DNA of 64,000 nucleotides from Bacteroidia bacterium (GTDB taxonomy: Bacteria > Bacteroidota > Bacteroidia > SpSt-205): positions 39,967-103,966 of the forward strand of contig JANXAJ010000002.1 in assembly GCA_025062295.1 (NCBI GenBank), read 5' to 3'. The notes beneath the pieces were generated by a model that worked only from the letters and a program-made list of their open reading frames with translations, searched no databases and was not told the DNA's origin. This document shows, piece after piece, positions 38,301 to 47,942 of this stretch; the first letter of the stretch is position 1, and each line of letters starts with the position of its first letter. Both the position numbers and the translations under genes were made by a program.

Positions 38301-41083
38301 CGATAGTGGTGAATGTAGCAGCTCAGCCCCCTACTCCCCCTACTCCTAACTTGGGTCCGGATCAGGTGGTTTGCATTGCTACAGGAAGCCTGAATTTCTC
38401 CGTGGCTGCCGGTGCTGATCAATATGAATGGCTAGTAGATAACAATCTGGAAGCGAGTGGCCCCAGCAACACTTTCACCTTCAATTTTCCGGGTGTAGGG
38501 ACTTACCTCCTCAAGGTTCGAGCTATCAACCTACCTCCTGCTAACTCTCCATGCAGCCCAGTGGTCCGAGAAGATGAGGTTCAAATTACAGTTACCGACC
38601 TCGCTTCTCCTCCTCCTCCTATGTTTCTGGGGGGGAATAGGACTGTATGCGTTACTACTGGGAGTATTTCCTTCACAGCTCCGGGAGGAGCCCAGTCTTA
38701 TCAATGGTTTGTAGACGGCCAGATTCAAGCGGGGTTCAACACTAATACTTTCACTTTTAACTTTACCACTCCAGGCTCCTACACGGTTCGGGTCCGAGCA
38801 GTGAATAGTCCACCTCCTGGCTCTGTCTGCGGACAAGCTGTGTCAGAAGATCAAATAACCGTCACTGTTACGCCTGCCGCTTCGCCGACCCCGATGGATC
38901 TCGGTCCTGACCAAGTGTTATGCCTATCTGATGGGAGCGTATCTCTCTCAGTGCAAGCGGGTGCGGAAGTTTATGAGTGGTTCTTGAATGGTGCCCTGCA
39001 AGCGGGAGCAACGACTAATACCTTTACTCTCAACTTTTCAAGCCCAGGGACTTACCTTGTGAAGGTTCGGTCTACTAATAATCCTCCAGCGGGTTCAGTC
39101 TGCACGGATCAGGCGATTTCAGAGGACGAAGTGAGGATTGATGTAACAGATGCCTCTGCACCTCCTCCTACTATGAACCTCGGACCTGATCAGAATGTGT
39201 GTGTGCTGGATGGGAGTCTCTTGCTTAGGGTTGCCTCAGGAGCTCAGACTTATGAATGGTTTGTCAATGGGCAGCTTCAGCCCTCTGCAACGACGAATAC
39301 CTATTTACTCACCTTTTCTACTTCTGGTCAGTACATAGTGAGTGTGCGAGCGACGAATGCCCCTCCGCCAGGCTCCGTCTGTCCATCCCTTTCCTCGGAA
39401 GATGAGGTTGTGATTACAGCTTCCGACCCTCCTTCAGCTCCGCCGACGATGAATTTAGGAGGGAACCGTACTGTTTGTACTTCTCAGGGAAGTATCACCT
39501 TTACAGTAGCAGGAGGAGCACAAACATATGAATGGTATGTAGATGGGCTTCTTCAGTCTGGTGCCGGAACAAATACTTTTACTCTACCAGTGACTATCCC
39601 AGGGACTTATACAGTCCGAGTACGAGCAGTCAATAATCCTCCTCCTGGGTCTGCTTGTGGGGATCCCCTCATTTCGGAAGATCAGATTCAGGTATATGTA
39701 ACGGAAGGGGCACCGCTTCCACCTCCTGTGTCGCTCGGACCCGATCGGACTCTTTGCCTGAGTGAAGGAAGCACGACTTTCTCTGTAGCATCAGGGGCAC
39801 AAGCCTACCGCTGGTTCGTTGACGGACAACTTCAAGCTGGAGCTAACACCTCTACTTTCACTTTCAGTTTTGCACTGGTTGGCACCTATACTATTAAGGT
39901 TCAAGCCCTCAACATGCCGCCTGCTGGCTCTCTCTGTGATCCTGCCATTGCAGAGGATGAGGTAGTCGTAGTAGTAGAAGGCGGAGCTACGCCTCCACCT
40001 CCCATGAATTTAGGTTCGGATCGCTCAGTCTGCCTAGATGCTGGAAGTCTCGCCCTTTCCGTTCTCAGCGGAGCTGATTCTTACCAGTGGTTTGTCAATG
40101 GGCAACTGCAACCTGGGGCTCAAACAAACATCTTCACTTTCCCCTTGACAGCCCCTGGTTCTTACACTATAAAAGTTCAAGCGATTAATACGCCTCCTAG
40201 CGGTTCGGCATGTACGGCTCCAGCTATATCCGAGGATGAGGTAATAATTACCGTCCTACCCTCTGCCCCCACACCTCCCCTCATGAACCTTGGGCCAGAC
40301 CAAGAGGTGTGTGTGCTTCAAGGGTCTGTTTCCTTCAGCGTGAGTGGGGGAGCTGATACCTATGAATGGATCGTCAACGGACGCCCCATATCAAACGCTA
40401 CTGGGAATACCTTTACGCTCAACTTTGCTTTAGCAGGCACTTATACGGTTACAGTGCGAGCTATCAACTTCTCTCCGAGCGGTTCTGGGTGTCCAAATAG
40501 GGTATCTGAGGATGAGGTGCAGATCAGTGTTCGTCCCGCTCCTGAGGCTGCGATACGCGTGGGGACTATGGCATACTCTAATGGATCTACCTACTATGCT
40601 TATGCCCCTACTTTGCCAATCAGCGTAACGTTTGAAGCAACAAGTGCCCTTTCAGGAAATACTTATGCTTGGGAACTCTATGAGACAGGAGGTTCTACAC
40701 CCATAGCTATAGGAACGGCCAGCTCATTTAGCCATACCTTCACGCAGTACGGCATATATACTCTGCGTCTCGTCAGCACAAATGGGCCCTGCACGGAAGA
40801 AGATACTCTCTTTGTGAATGTGAATCCCACGACAGTGCTTCGTTCAGAGGAAGGAGATTTTGTAGCCTTCCCTAATCCGAATTCTGGGACATTTACGGTG
40901 AAAGCGCCTACTGTTGGCAGTTACCATCTTCGCCTTCTGGACATAATGGGCAAAGAGGTCTACACTGATAAGCTGGTAGGAGACATAAAGGAGATGCAAC
41001 TGCGGCTGCCAGCGGGGACTTATCAGCTTCTCATTTCAGGAGAGGGACGGGTCGGTCTCTTGCGACTGGTTATCGTAGAGTGA
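35363..41083 (+). CDS. Giant T9SS-secreted surface protein: parallel beta-helix head, jelly-roll domain, 9 Ig/PKD-like repeats, terminal PKD-like domain, CTD
   Basis: Signal peptide; right-handed beta-helix pattern (IxxNxI repeats) ending DFDGQxR...PDIGADE; repeats LGPDxxxC...YEW.VNG...GTYxVxV; C-terminal FPNPxxG...DIMGK...LPAGTY..RLVIVE. Confidence 0.88.
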   Translation: MQRAFVFFLAIAPGLWGGLLAQLNGSADYFVNGTSNPSARQFATLDEAFTALENQGVDGSQGPINIRVVDGYNPASEPSTIHLEGYECIGGSCPPVNVYVEVSSLATISKAPVLAARYVLRLGGSTNPSRNLINFRLYGRGKLRLVETTPLPNATAVLGITPGPSQIIQSVVIDSLLIDGNLRTETFAGIYVGDHATLPSPVSPTAEVRNLVISNCQIVAARHGIYLQGRRVISPQVIGCTVGIPEPVPNTSNTDRSFGGFSGASSAGGIYFAGTSGGLIAQNIIRNSLQNTTPSDPGFAGIIADTVSNLIIERNRIYNIRYTGTGGYGCTGIRVNALGASPANVTIRNNFISRIGGDGDNTTSTFLHWMVTGIAIHATASNGNVGVQIIHNTIHLFNDSDPSYGPSDAGTSEPLGFTNSVVTGIVTSSNVTGGVNLFGNIIQNTHRRRATNARAFGVIIIAPLASWSGFFELNYNAYLIESTSAGGDFIGRVGTTTYATLADWQGILGFSPDLNSISLFAEVPFLSNYDLHINPTSATQVINAGDAAYNGVLNDFDGQSRPLPNPGPGANGDLGTRPDIGADEVDGTAVQCFAAVQAPEIQILTPPNAGTAYIWGSVIQVGLAPASPTPVGLLRWIYSLDGGTTWIVGRRIRAFPATFSLPPFTPPTYTATLLLGVRAENIPNCLPLLSDDSDNPVPISLTDRPGNRLATAIPITLTYNAATQRWQATIADSLNGPAMSNEYGVSGATGFTHPPRGSGSVELFYRLRLPACLDSLILNTCNEVPGFFTGFDTYVGVINLTLPDTTADDDQGSTTCTSTQLPSYAFRGFTSQIQLIGRASSAQMRPFTESGSSPTRDTMRLARGDELIVIVEAYSSFTSPGRFLLTIEGYGNPVRAKPNLGPDVEVCEDGANSLSLNATTTGATTYEWVVNGSVVSGATGPTYALPLTPGTWTVIARAIFTNARGTLNGSMCLADTTADTIVVNVAAQPPTPPTPNLGPDQVVCIATGSLNFSVAAGADQYEWLVDNNLEASGPSNTFTFNFPGVGTYLLKVRAINLPPANSPCSPVVREDEVQITVTDLASPPPPMFLGGNRTVCVTTGSISFTAPGGAQSYQWFVDGQIQAGFNTNTFTFNFTTPGSYTVRVRAVNSPPPGSVCGQAVSEDQITVTVTPAASPTPMDLGPDQVLCLSDGSVSLSVQAGAEVYEWFLNGALQAGATTNTFTLNFSSPGTYLVKVRSTNNPPAGSVCTDQAISEDEVRIDVTDASAPPPTMNLGPDQNVCVLDGSLLLRVASGAQTYEWFVNGQLQPSATTNTYLLTFSTSGQYIVSVRATNAPPPGSVCPSLSSEDEVVITASDPPSAPPTMNLGGNRTVCTSQGSITFTVAGGAQTYEWYVDGLLQSGAGTNTFTLPVTIPGTYTVRVRAVNNPPPGSACGDPLISEDQIQVYVTEGAPLPPPVSLGPDRTLCLSEGSTTFSVASGAQAYRWFVDGQLQAGANTSTFTFSFALVGTYTIKVQALNMPPAGSLCDPAIAEDEVVVVVEGGATPPPPMNLGSDRSVCLDAGSLALSVLSGADSYQWFVNGQLQPGAQTNIFTFPLTAPGSYTIKVQAINTPPSGSACTAPAISEDEVIITVLPSAPTPPLMNLGPDQEVCVLQGSVSFSVSGGADTYEWIVNGRPISNATGNTFTLNFALAGTYTVTVRAINFSPSGSGCPNRVSEDEVQISVRPAPEAAIRVGTMAYSNGSTYYAYAPTLPISVTFEATSALSGNTYAWELYETGGSTPIAIGTASSFSHTFTQYGIYTLRLVSTNGPCTEEDTLFVNVNPTTVLRSEEGDFVAFPNPNSGTFTVKAPTVGSYHLRLLDIMGKEVYTDKLVGDIKEMQLRLPAGTYQLLISGEGRVGLLRLVIVE
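38054..40540 (+). repeat. Intragenic tandem array of nine ~91-97 aa Ig/PKD-like repeats
   Basis: Unit starts near 38054, 38345, 38621, 38894, 39173, 39449, 39728, 40004, 40283 (273-279 nt period after the first); each has LG(P/G/S)(D/N)xxxC and a second Cys near its end. Confidence 0.92.
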
Positions 41084-41104
41084 GGTAGTAAGATAAGCGA
41101 TTTT

Positions 41105-41137
41105 TGGGCGGCAGCCACCTGCGGTGGCTGCCGCCCA
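41105..41137. repeat. REP-like perfect palindrome / bidirectional terminator, copy 1
   Basis: TGGGCGGCAGCCACC-TGC-GGTGGCTGCCGCCCA, 15-bp perfect stem between convergent genes. Confidence 0.8.
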
Positions 41138-41175
41138 GACAAATTTTCCTCTCTGCTTCCTATCAGACCCGTAAT

Positions 41176-42753
41176 CTACTCCCTGTCCCGAAGTTTCCAA
41201 AAGAAGATTATCATCCCTCCTATCCCTGCCAAAAGGAGGTAAGGAATCCCTCCTGCTTTTATCCACTCAATCAGCCCAAAGGTGATAGCGTATCCTGCAG
41301 CTGTACCGAGTAGCCAGAGACCGAGTTGAGCTAAAGAGAAGCGCGGTCGGACTTGCTGGCAAAAAGCAGCCCATCGCTCAGGGGGAGTACCACGGCCCAC
41401 TAAGGTTATAATTAGGACCAGTGCTACCGTCAGACTGACCGTGGCGATGTAACTTTCAGGAAAGGAGTAGCCCATTATCCATCGGAAAAGGACATACCCT
41501 CCCATTGGAGCTAAGAGAGCGGTAATCTCCCCAGCAACGGTGAGTCGGGACCAGAACCAGCGCAGAATCAGAACAAACCCTGTGCCTGCTCCTGACTCCA
41601 ATAGAAAGTTCCAAGCACCAGCTATGCTCTGCATAAAAGGTACAATCCCCATACTCAAGAGAGCTAAAGCGATAGTAGCCCATAATCCTGCTCGGAGAGC
41701 TTTTTCGCCTGACCATCCGAGGTCTCGGGCTACATACGAAGCGCCCCAGTTGAAATGGGTAGAGAGGGTACTCATATAAGCACCTGTGAGCCCGACAAGT
41801 AGGATGACTTGCTCTACTGGGGAGAGGAACCGCTGAGCCATAAGTAGATAGGCAGCCTTAGGGTCGCTGACGGATGGCACTATAAGGAGAGAAGCTAAAG
41901 CGACGGCATACCAAGTGACAGGACGCACCGCATAGTGAAGAATCTGGAAGAGAGCAAGGGCTTTCTGGGCGGCAGCAGGTGAAGGGGTAGAGGCCATCCG
42001 CTGAAGAATGTATCCGCCACCAGCTGGTTCTGCTCCGGGATACCAGCTTGCCCACCACTGAAACCCTAAAAAAGCCAGCAGAGTCAGCGCTCCTCCACTT
42101 GGACAAAGATGCCAAGCCTGCGCTGGCACTTGCGACATATCAACAAGAAGCAAGACTCGGATCATAAGAAGAGTAGTGCTGCCCAGCGCCAGAATAAACT
42201 GAATCACATCTGTCCATACTACACTCCACAGTCCCCCTACAAGCGTATAAAGAAGCGTAATAAAAGTGCTCAAGCCTAAAAGAAAATAAGCTTGAGTAGG
42301 GGAAAGGCCAACAAAAGCTTCTAACACAGTACGCATGGCGCTTTGAACCCACCCTAAGATGACGAGATTGATAAATCCTCCTAACCAGAGGGCTCGGACC
42401 CTTCGAAGGATTTCGGCGGCACGATTCCCATAGCGAAGGGAGAGAATTTCACTATCAGTTAGAGCTCCGCTTCGGCGCCATAGCGGAGCAAAGACCACTA
42501 CGCTAAGCATACCCCCAATAAGCATATTCCACCAACGCCAGTTTGCTGAGAGTCCGCCCTCCCTGACGTATTCAGTGATAGCTAAGGGTGTATCTACGGC
42601 GAAGGTAGTGGCGACCATGCTCAAGGCTGAAAGTCCCCATGGTAGTCGCCGTCCAGCAGCAAAATACCCCTCAATAGTTCCCTGTGCTCTCTGTCGGCCC
42701 CACCAGCCCACTACTAAACTCAGAGCAAAATAGGCTCCAAGCGCCCACAGCAT
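41176..42753 (-). CDS. Sodium:solute symporter family protein
   Basis: YFAAGRxLPW, SMVATTFAxDTP, GGLWSVVWTDVIQF, WYPGAEPxGGGY.xQRM, AYMSTxSTHxNWG. Confidence 0.9.
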   Translation of the reverse strand: MLWALGAYFALSLVVGWWGRQRAQGTIEGYFAAGRRLPWGLSALSMVATTFAVDTPLAITEYVREGGLSANWRWWNMLIGGMLSVVVFAPLWRRSGALTDSEILSLRYGNRAAEILRRVRALWLGGFINLVILGWVQSAMRTVLEAFVGLSPTQAYFLLGLSTFITLLYTLVGGLWSVVWTDVIQFILALGSTTLLMIRVLLLVDMSQVPAQAWHLCPSGGALTLLAFLGFQWWASWYPGAEPAGGGYILQRMASTPSPAAAQKALALFQILHYAVRPVTWYAVALASLLIVPSVSDPKAAYLLMAQRFLSPVEQVILLVGLTGAYMSTLSTHFNWGASYVARDLGWSGEKALRAGLWATIALALLSMGIVPFMQSIAGAWNFLLESGAGTGFVLILRWFWSRLTVAGEITALLAPMGGYVLFRWIMGYSFPESYIATVSLTVALVLIITLVGRGTPPERWAAFCQQVRPRFSLAQLGLWLLGTAAGYAITFGLIEWIKAGGIPYLLLAGIGGMIIFFWKLRDRE

Positions 42754-42754
42754 T

Positions 42755-43348
42755 TTACGGGAGCTTTTGACCTATTTGGAGCTCTTCTCCCTTCCAGAGC
42801 CGCCCCAAGTTCTCCCGATGAGTGTATATCACTCCTACCCACCACACAGTCCCCGTCAAATATCCCCAAGAGGTATCCTCGCCCACTATTCCATGCCAGA
42901 GAAGGAAGCTCCCCACTGCTATGAGGGAGCTAACAGAGACAATCTGAGTCAAAGCTAACACAAGGAGAAAAGTGCCAGTAGCTGCCACTGCGCTAAGAGG
43001 CTCTATTATTACCATAGTTCCTAAGAGGGTATTGATGCCCTTTCCCCCCTTGAAGCGGGCAAAAATAGGATAAATATGTCCCAAGACTGCGGCTGTGGCA
43101 GCTCCATATAGGGCTGGCTCTGAGAGCCGAAGACTCTTGCCGAGAAGTATGGCAAGCATGCCTTTCCCTATATCTATGACCTGCACGAGAAGGCCAGCCC
43201 AGAAGCCCATTACCCGATAGACGTTTGTGCTTCCGATATTCCCGCTGCCCTTTTGACGAATATCTATGCCCTGCCAGCGCGCAAGCCACAGTCCTGGCGT
43301 CAGTGAGCCCAAAAGGTAGGCACTAATAAGGCTCAAAGCTACTTCCAT
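42755..43348 (-). CDS. plsY: Glycerol-3-phosphate acyltransferase
   Basis: YLLGS, DIRxxGSGNIGSTNVxR, DIGKG, GHIYPIFxxFKGGKG, HRENxxRL; start trimmed to MEVAL. Confidence 0.94.
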   Translation of the reverse strand: MEVALSLISAYLLGSLTPGLWLARWQGIDIRQKGSGNIGSTNVYRVMGFWAGLLVQVIDIGKGMLAILLGKSLRLSEPALYGAATAAVLGHIYPIFARFKGGKGINTLLGTMVIIEPLSAVAATGTFLLVLALTQIVSVSSLIAVGSFLLWHGIVGEDTSWGYLTGTVWWVGVIYTHRENLGRLWKGEELQIGQKLP

Positions 43349-44046
43349 GCGTTCCCAATATAGAAGGCCATATACCCCGCCGCCCACAGCGAGCGTCCAG
43401 CTCGCTGGTACAAGGTCTGCAGGGGACGAGCAAACCCTTGTATCCGCATCCCTACCGCAAGACCTCGAATGAGACTCGGATCCTTCCCCACATCCATCAT
43501 AACTCCCGCCTGAACTACGAAGCCAGGAATCATCTGAATGCGGTCAAACCCCAGATAAAAGTCGGCCTCTCCTACAATATCTGTGTAAGAGTGCCGCAAA
43601 GGATCGTATGTATCCACCTCAATCACGGCTTGGGTAGATGAGACTGGCACCGCTATCTCTAGATAATATGGCTTGAGAATCCCTACTGAGAGTCCAAGCC
43701 CTCCTTGCAGACTCACTTGAAGCGGAGAGGTTATGGTTCGTGGAGCGATAATGTATTGGTAACCTCTCACGAGCTGAAGGAGATAAGCATAATACAACTT
43801 GCCAAAGACGTAGTCTTTGCCCCCTTGGTCTCGGTAAGCTGAACGGACTCGTCCTTCGTATTTAGATCGATAAGAGGTCAGATCACCCATCCAGAAAGAG
43901 CCCCATTTTGATCCTCTCCATGCAGAGACGTATAAACCTACACCCCATCCATAAGAGTGCAGGAAAGGGCTAAGCGCCAATCCATGCGAGAGTGGTTCAA
44001 TCGCCTGAGCCCATCCAGCGCTACATAGCAGCCAGAACCTCCACAT
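43339..44046 (-). CDS. Hypothetical outer-membrane beta-barrel protein
   Basis: Signal peptide, GWG, YVFGK, KPYYL, amphipathic strands ending FYIGxxW; overlaps neighbours in an operon. Confidence 0.65.
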   Translation of the reverse strand: MWRFWLLCSAGWAQAIEPLSHGLALSPFLHSYGWGVGLYVSAWRGSKWGSFWMGDLTSYRSKYEGRVRSAYRDQGGKDYVFGKLYYAYLLQLVRGYQYIIAPRTITSPLQVSLQGGLGLSVGILKPYYLEIAVPVSSTQAVIEVDTYDPLRHSYTDIVGEADFYLGFDRIQMIPGFVVQAGVMMDVGKDPSLIRGLAVGMRIQGFARPLQTLYQRAGRSLWAAGYMAFYIGNAWK

Positions 44047-44506
44047 AAAAAATCAGAGTAGAATTCGGCGGGATTGTTCCCATATCCCGATTACCGTACC
44101 CTAACTCGGGAGGGACAATCAGCACTGCTTGGGAACCAACGGGGAGAAGCGCAATGCCTTCATCCCAGCCGCGAATCACCGCCCCCTGTCCCAAGACAAA
44201 GTCAAATGGCTGTCCTCGTTCATACGAGCTATCAAACTTTTGTCCATTCGTCAGAAGTCCATGATAATGGACAATTACTCTCTGCCCTGCTTGAGGGAGA
44301 TTCCCCTCGCCTCGTTTGTGGATGTATATTCGGAGACCAGAAGGAAGGGTTTGAATCTTAGCAGAGTCTATGGGATAGGGGGTAAAGCTCGTAGCCGGTG
44401 GCTGAGCCGGCTCTCCTATCCGTAAAGCTTGAGAACTATCGGAGGAGCTCTTGCAGCTCCAGCTTAGCCAAAAAAGCCCGATAATGCTCCAATAAGCTAT
44501 CCGCAT
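44021..44506 (-). CDS. FKBP-type peptidyl-prolyl isomerase (lipoprotein)
   Basis: Lipobox-like SWSC; VHYxGxLxNGxKFDSS, VIRGWDEG, PPELGYG, IPPNSTLIF. Confidence 0.92.
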   Translation of the reverse strand: MRIAYWSIIGLFWLSWSCKSSSDSSQALRIGEPAQPPATSFTPYPIDSAKIQTLPSGLRIYIHKRGEGNLPQAGQRVIVHYHGLLTNGQKFDSSYERGQPFDFVLGQGAVIRGWDEGIALLPVGSQAVLIVPPELGYGNRDMGTIPPNSTLIFYVEVLAAM

Positions 44507-45488
44507 ATTCAGTTTTGAGAAGGGTTTCAGTGAAAGCGAGAGCCTCATCCAAGGAGGCATATAGCGTCGCTCCGGCAGCGTTCCGATGACCTCCTCCTAC
44601 ATCAAATCTTTGCGCAACTTCATGACAGGGAAAATCCCCCAAGCTACGCAGGCTCAGCCGAATGCCTTCTGGATACTCTTTCAGCACGACGCTAAGGAGA
44701 GTCCCTTCTAGTGCAAGGAGCTGATTGGGCAAAGACTCCACATCCTCCCAAGTAGCTCCATACGTTTCTAATAAGCTGGACGGAATGCTGAGAAGCGACA
44801 CAGGAAGGCCCTCTATCCGTCGCAGCCGATTCTGAAGAAGATAACTCTGAAAGAGGAGCGAGTGCAGCTTTTTTCGCTGAAAAATATGGTAGTGAATAGC
44901 TTCTAAGGGAAAGGGCGGCTCTATAAGCTCAGCAGCAATGCGCAGCGTATGAGGAGTTACACTGCGGAAGCGAAACCCCCCTGTATCCGTAATCATTGCA
45001 GTGTAAAGGGCTATTCGAGCTGGCAGAGGAAGCGGGGCACCACAAAAAGGGCGCAGAATCTCTGTGTAAAGAAGCTCAGCCGTGGCTGCAGCTTCTGCTC
45101 GCCAGAAATTCCAATAGAGACTCAGCGGCTCGCTATCAGCGTGATGGTCAACCCATAAAAGCCGATCAGGTAGAATGAGTGTCCGAAGATCAGAGGGAAG
45201 CCGATCCCATCGCCCGAAATCCACACAGAAGAATATATCCGCCTCCTGAGCGGCAGCTTGAATAAATAAGTAGTCTTCTCCCCATATCTTGATTTCTTTC
45301 CAACCTGGCAAAAATTGAAGATACGAAGGCACTGGGTCAGGAAGCACCAGCGTGACTCGTTTGCCCAGGGCTATGAGCGTATGATAAATCCCAAGGAGAG
45401 AGCCTACAGCATCTCCATCAGGCTTCGGGTGACTCAAACAAAAGACAGAGCGGGCTTCTTGAAGAGCCGATTCCCAGGAGGGGACCAT
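44436..45488 (-). CDS. nrnA: DHH/DHHA1 oligoribonuclease/PAP phosphatase
   Basis: HxxPDGDAVGS, VD, DHH, TDTGxF, SLRS, GGGHxNAAG. Confidence 0.9.
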   Translation of the reverse strand: MVPSWESALQEARSVFCLSHPKPDGDAVGSLLGIYHTLIALGKRVTLVLPDPVPSYLQFLPGWKEIKIWGEDYLFIQAAAQEADIFFCVDFGRWDRLPSDLRTLILPDRLLWVDHHADSEPLSLYWNFWRAEAAATAELLYTEILRPFCGAPLPLPARIALYTAMITDTGGFRFRSVTPHTLRIAAELIEPPFPLEAIHYHIFQRKKLHSLLFQSYLLQNRLRRIEGLPVSLLSIPSSLLETYGATWEDVESLPNQLLALEGTLLSVVLKEYPEGIRLSLRSLGDFPCHEVAQRFDVGGGHRNAAGATLYASLDEALAFTETLLKTEYADSLLEHYRAFLAKLELQELLR

Positions 45489-45513
45489 CAGTAGGCTAAC
45501 AAAATAACCCTCC

Positions 45514-46599
45514 TTAGGCGACTGTGATGCGCTCGTCTAAGTACACGGCTTGAACCGCTCGGATAATCGCAATGCCCTCTTCCATTGGACGCTGGAAGGC
45601 TTTGCGTCCTAAAATTAGTCCCATGCCTCCCGCCCGCTTATTGATAACAGCCGTGCGAACCGCTTCCGCTAGGTCGGATGAGCCAGAAGAAGCTCCACCA
45701 GAATTGATAAGGCCGACCCGCCCCATGTAGCTATTGACTACTTGATACCGACACAGGTCAATCGGATGGTCTGTGGTCAGCTTCTCATATACCTTGCTAC
45801 TGGTCTTTCCAAATTTGAGTGCTGTATATCCCCCATTATTCTCTGGCAGTTTCTGCTTGACAAGGTCAGCTTGTAAGGTAGCTCCAAGGTGATTGGCTTG
45901 CCCTGTCAGGTCTGCTGCTAAGTGGTAGTCCTTGTCAGCATTGAAGGCTTTATTCCGAAGGTAGCACCACAGGATTGTTACCATTCCCAACTCATGGGCA
46001 TATGCAAACGCTTCTGAGATCTCTTGGATCTGACGAGAAGATTCCTCCGAACCAAAATAGATGGTGGCTCCCACTGCTACAGCACCCATATTCCACGCTT
46101 GCTTGATAGTACCAAAAAGAATCTGGTCGTATTTATTTGGATAAGTCAATAGCTCATTGTGATTAATCTTGACAATAAACGGGATTTTATGGGCATATTT
46201 CCGAGCAACGCTCCCCAGCACGCCGAAAGTAGAAGCTACCGCATTGCATCCAGCCTCCAAGGCAAGCTTGACAATATACTCTGGATCAAAGTAAAGCGGA
46301 TTCGGAGCAAATGAGGCTCCTGCTGAGTGTTCTACACCTTGATCCACAGGAAGAATAGACAAATAGCCTGTGCCCCCTAAAGTGCCATGGGAAAGGAGAG
46401 CTTGCATATTTCGCAGAACCTGGGGCGAGCGATCGCTCAATGCCCATACACGGTCTACGAAATCAGGCCCAGGAAGGTGAAGTTGGCTTTTAGGCACTGT
46501 CTGACAGGTATGAGTGAGGAGACTTTCTGCCTCATCTCCCAATACCGTAAGGATGTCATCGTAATTTTTGACCTCTTTAACTGCAGTCAGCGTGCTCAT
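45514..46599 (-). CDS. fbaB: Class I fructose-bisphosphate aldolase (DhnA type)
   Basis: [40 protein letters not shown], ADxVKQKLP, GRKAFQ; start trimmed to MSTL. Confidence 0.95.
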   Translation of the reverse strand: MSTLTAVKEVKNYDDILTVLGDEAESLLTHTCQTVPKSQLHLPGPDFVDRVWALSDRSPQVLRNMQALLSHGTLGGTGYLSILPVDQGVEHSAGASFAPNPLYFDPEYIVKLALEAGCNAVASTFGVLGSVARKYAHKIPFIVKINHNELLTYPNKYDQILFGTIKQAWNMGAVAVGATIYFGSEESSRQIQEISEAFAYAHELGMVTILWCYLRNKAFNADKDYHLAADLTGQANHLGATLQADLVKQKLPENNGGYTALKFGKTSSKVYEKLTTDHPIDLCRYQVVNSYMGRVGLINSGGASSGSSDLAEAVRTAVINKRAGGMGLILGRKAFQRPMEEGIAIIRAVQAVYLDERITVA

Positions 46600-46603
46600 A
46601 CCT

Positions 46604-47905
46604 TTATTGACTTGGAATTGTTTCTCTAAGAGAGAAGGCTTCCCGCAGCCGCTCCACCTGATCCAGCCTCTCCCATGGGAAGGTCTCGGCGACTTGTTGA
46701 TGATGAATATAGTGCTCTTGGGGTCCCTCAGGGGTCTGCTCAATGTGGAGGGTAACCTGATCATAAGTAAGCTGCTGCGGCTCTCGCCCTAAGTGTCCAT
46801 AGACGGCTGTCGGACGATAGATAGGAGCCCGCAAGTTGAGGTGTTCTATGATAGCAGCGGGGCGCAGATCAAAAAGCTCCAGCAAGCGCTGCGCAATTTC
46901 ACTATCAGAAAGAGGCACATGAGCAGTACCATAGGTATTGACATAGAGAGCGAGCGGCTTCGCAATTCCAATCGCATACGCTACTTGAATCAGCACTTCA
47001 TCAGCGATCCCAGCTGCTACGAGATTCTTTGCAATGTAGCGGGTCATATAAGCCGCACTTCGGTCAACTTTTGTCGGGTCTTTGCCAGAAAAGGCCCCAC
47101 CGCCATGAGGAGCTCGCCCTCCGTAAGTATCTACAATAATCTTGCGTCCCGTCAGCCCCGTATCGGCGTGAGGACCTCCTAAGACAAATCTACCTGTTGG
47201 ATTGACATACAGGCGAGTTCGCTCATCCAGCATTTCCGCTGGCAAGACGCGAGGAAGGAGAATGGTGCGTACATCCTCTTCTATCTTTTTGTGCATGGTT
47301 CGCCAGTCCTCGGCGAACTCCTCATGCTGAGTGGAGAGTACAATCGTATGAATGCGCAGGGGACGCCCATCATCCAAATACTCAATCGTAACTTGACATT
47401 TAGCATCTGGGCGTAAGTAAGGCATAAGATGCTTTTCATTTTTACGAATATGAGCCAGCTCGCGCAAGATTCGGTGAGCATAGGCAATAGGCATCGGCAT
47501 GTATTCTTCGGTCTCTCTACAAGCGTAGCCAAACATCATCCCTTGATCTCCAGCTCCTAAATCCAAATCAAGCCCTTGCCCGCGATTGACCCCCAACGCA
47601 ATGTCAGGCGACTGACGATGAATTGTAACAATAACACCGCAGCTTTCAGCATCAAAGCGAAGCTCCGATCGGTTATACCCAATTTCTCGGATAGTTTGCC
47701 GAGCAATGCCTTCATAATCCACCCGCGCTGTCGTAGTGATCTCACCTGCTAGCACCACTAGGCCAGTGGTGACGAGAGTTTCACATGCCACTCGTCCAAA
47801 AGGATCCTGCGCTAAAATCGCATCCAGGATAGCATCAGAGATCTGGTCCGCCACCTTGTCAGGGTGTCCTTCGGCTACTGATTCTGAAGTGAAGAGATAC
47901 GACAC
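46604..47905 (-). CDS. metK: S-adenosylmethionine synthetase
   Basis: FTSESVxEGHPDK, GAGDQG, NPTGRFVxGGP, [20 protein letters not shown]; GTG start at 47905. Confidence 0.97.
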   Translation of the reverse strand: MSYLFTSESVAEGHPDKVADQISDAILDAILAQDPFGRVACETLVTTGLVVLAGEITTTARVDYEGIARQTIREIGYNRSELRFDAESCGVIVTIHRQSPDIALGVNRGQGLDLDLGAGDQGMMFGYACRETEEYMPMPIAYAHRILRELAHIRKNEKHLMPYLRPDAKCQVTIEYLDDGRPLRIHTIVLSTQHEEFAEDWRTMHKKIEEDVRTILLPRVLPAEMLDERTRLYVNPTGRFVLGGPHADTGLTGRKIIVDTYGGRAPHGGGAFSGKDPTKVDRSAAYMTRYIAKNLVAAGIADEVLIQVAYAIGIAKPLALYVNTYGTAHVPLSDSEIAQRLLELFDLRPAAIIEHLNLRAPIYRPTAVYGHLGREPQQLTYDQVTLHIEQTPEGPQEHYIHHQQVAETFPWERLDQVERLREAFSLRETIPSQ

Positions 47906-47942
47906 GAGCGCAAATATGCACAAAAACCAGCACTTTTATAGA

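Noticed and set aside
38054-40540. Possible DGR or recombination cassette in the repeat array
   Set aside because: Copies differ at all base types and stay in one frame; no reverse transcriptase, invertase or near-identical template/variable pair seen
46604-46790. C-terminal insertion in MetK
   Set aside because: Insertions before the FxWE motif are common in Bacteroidota MetK
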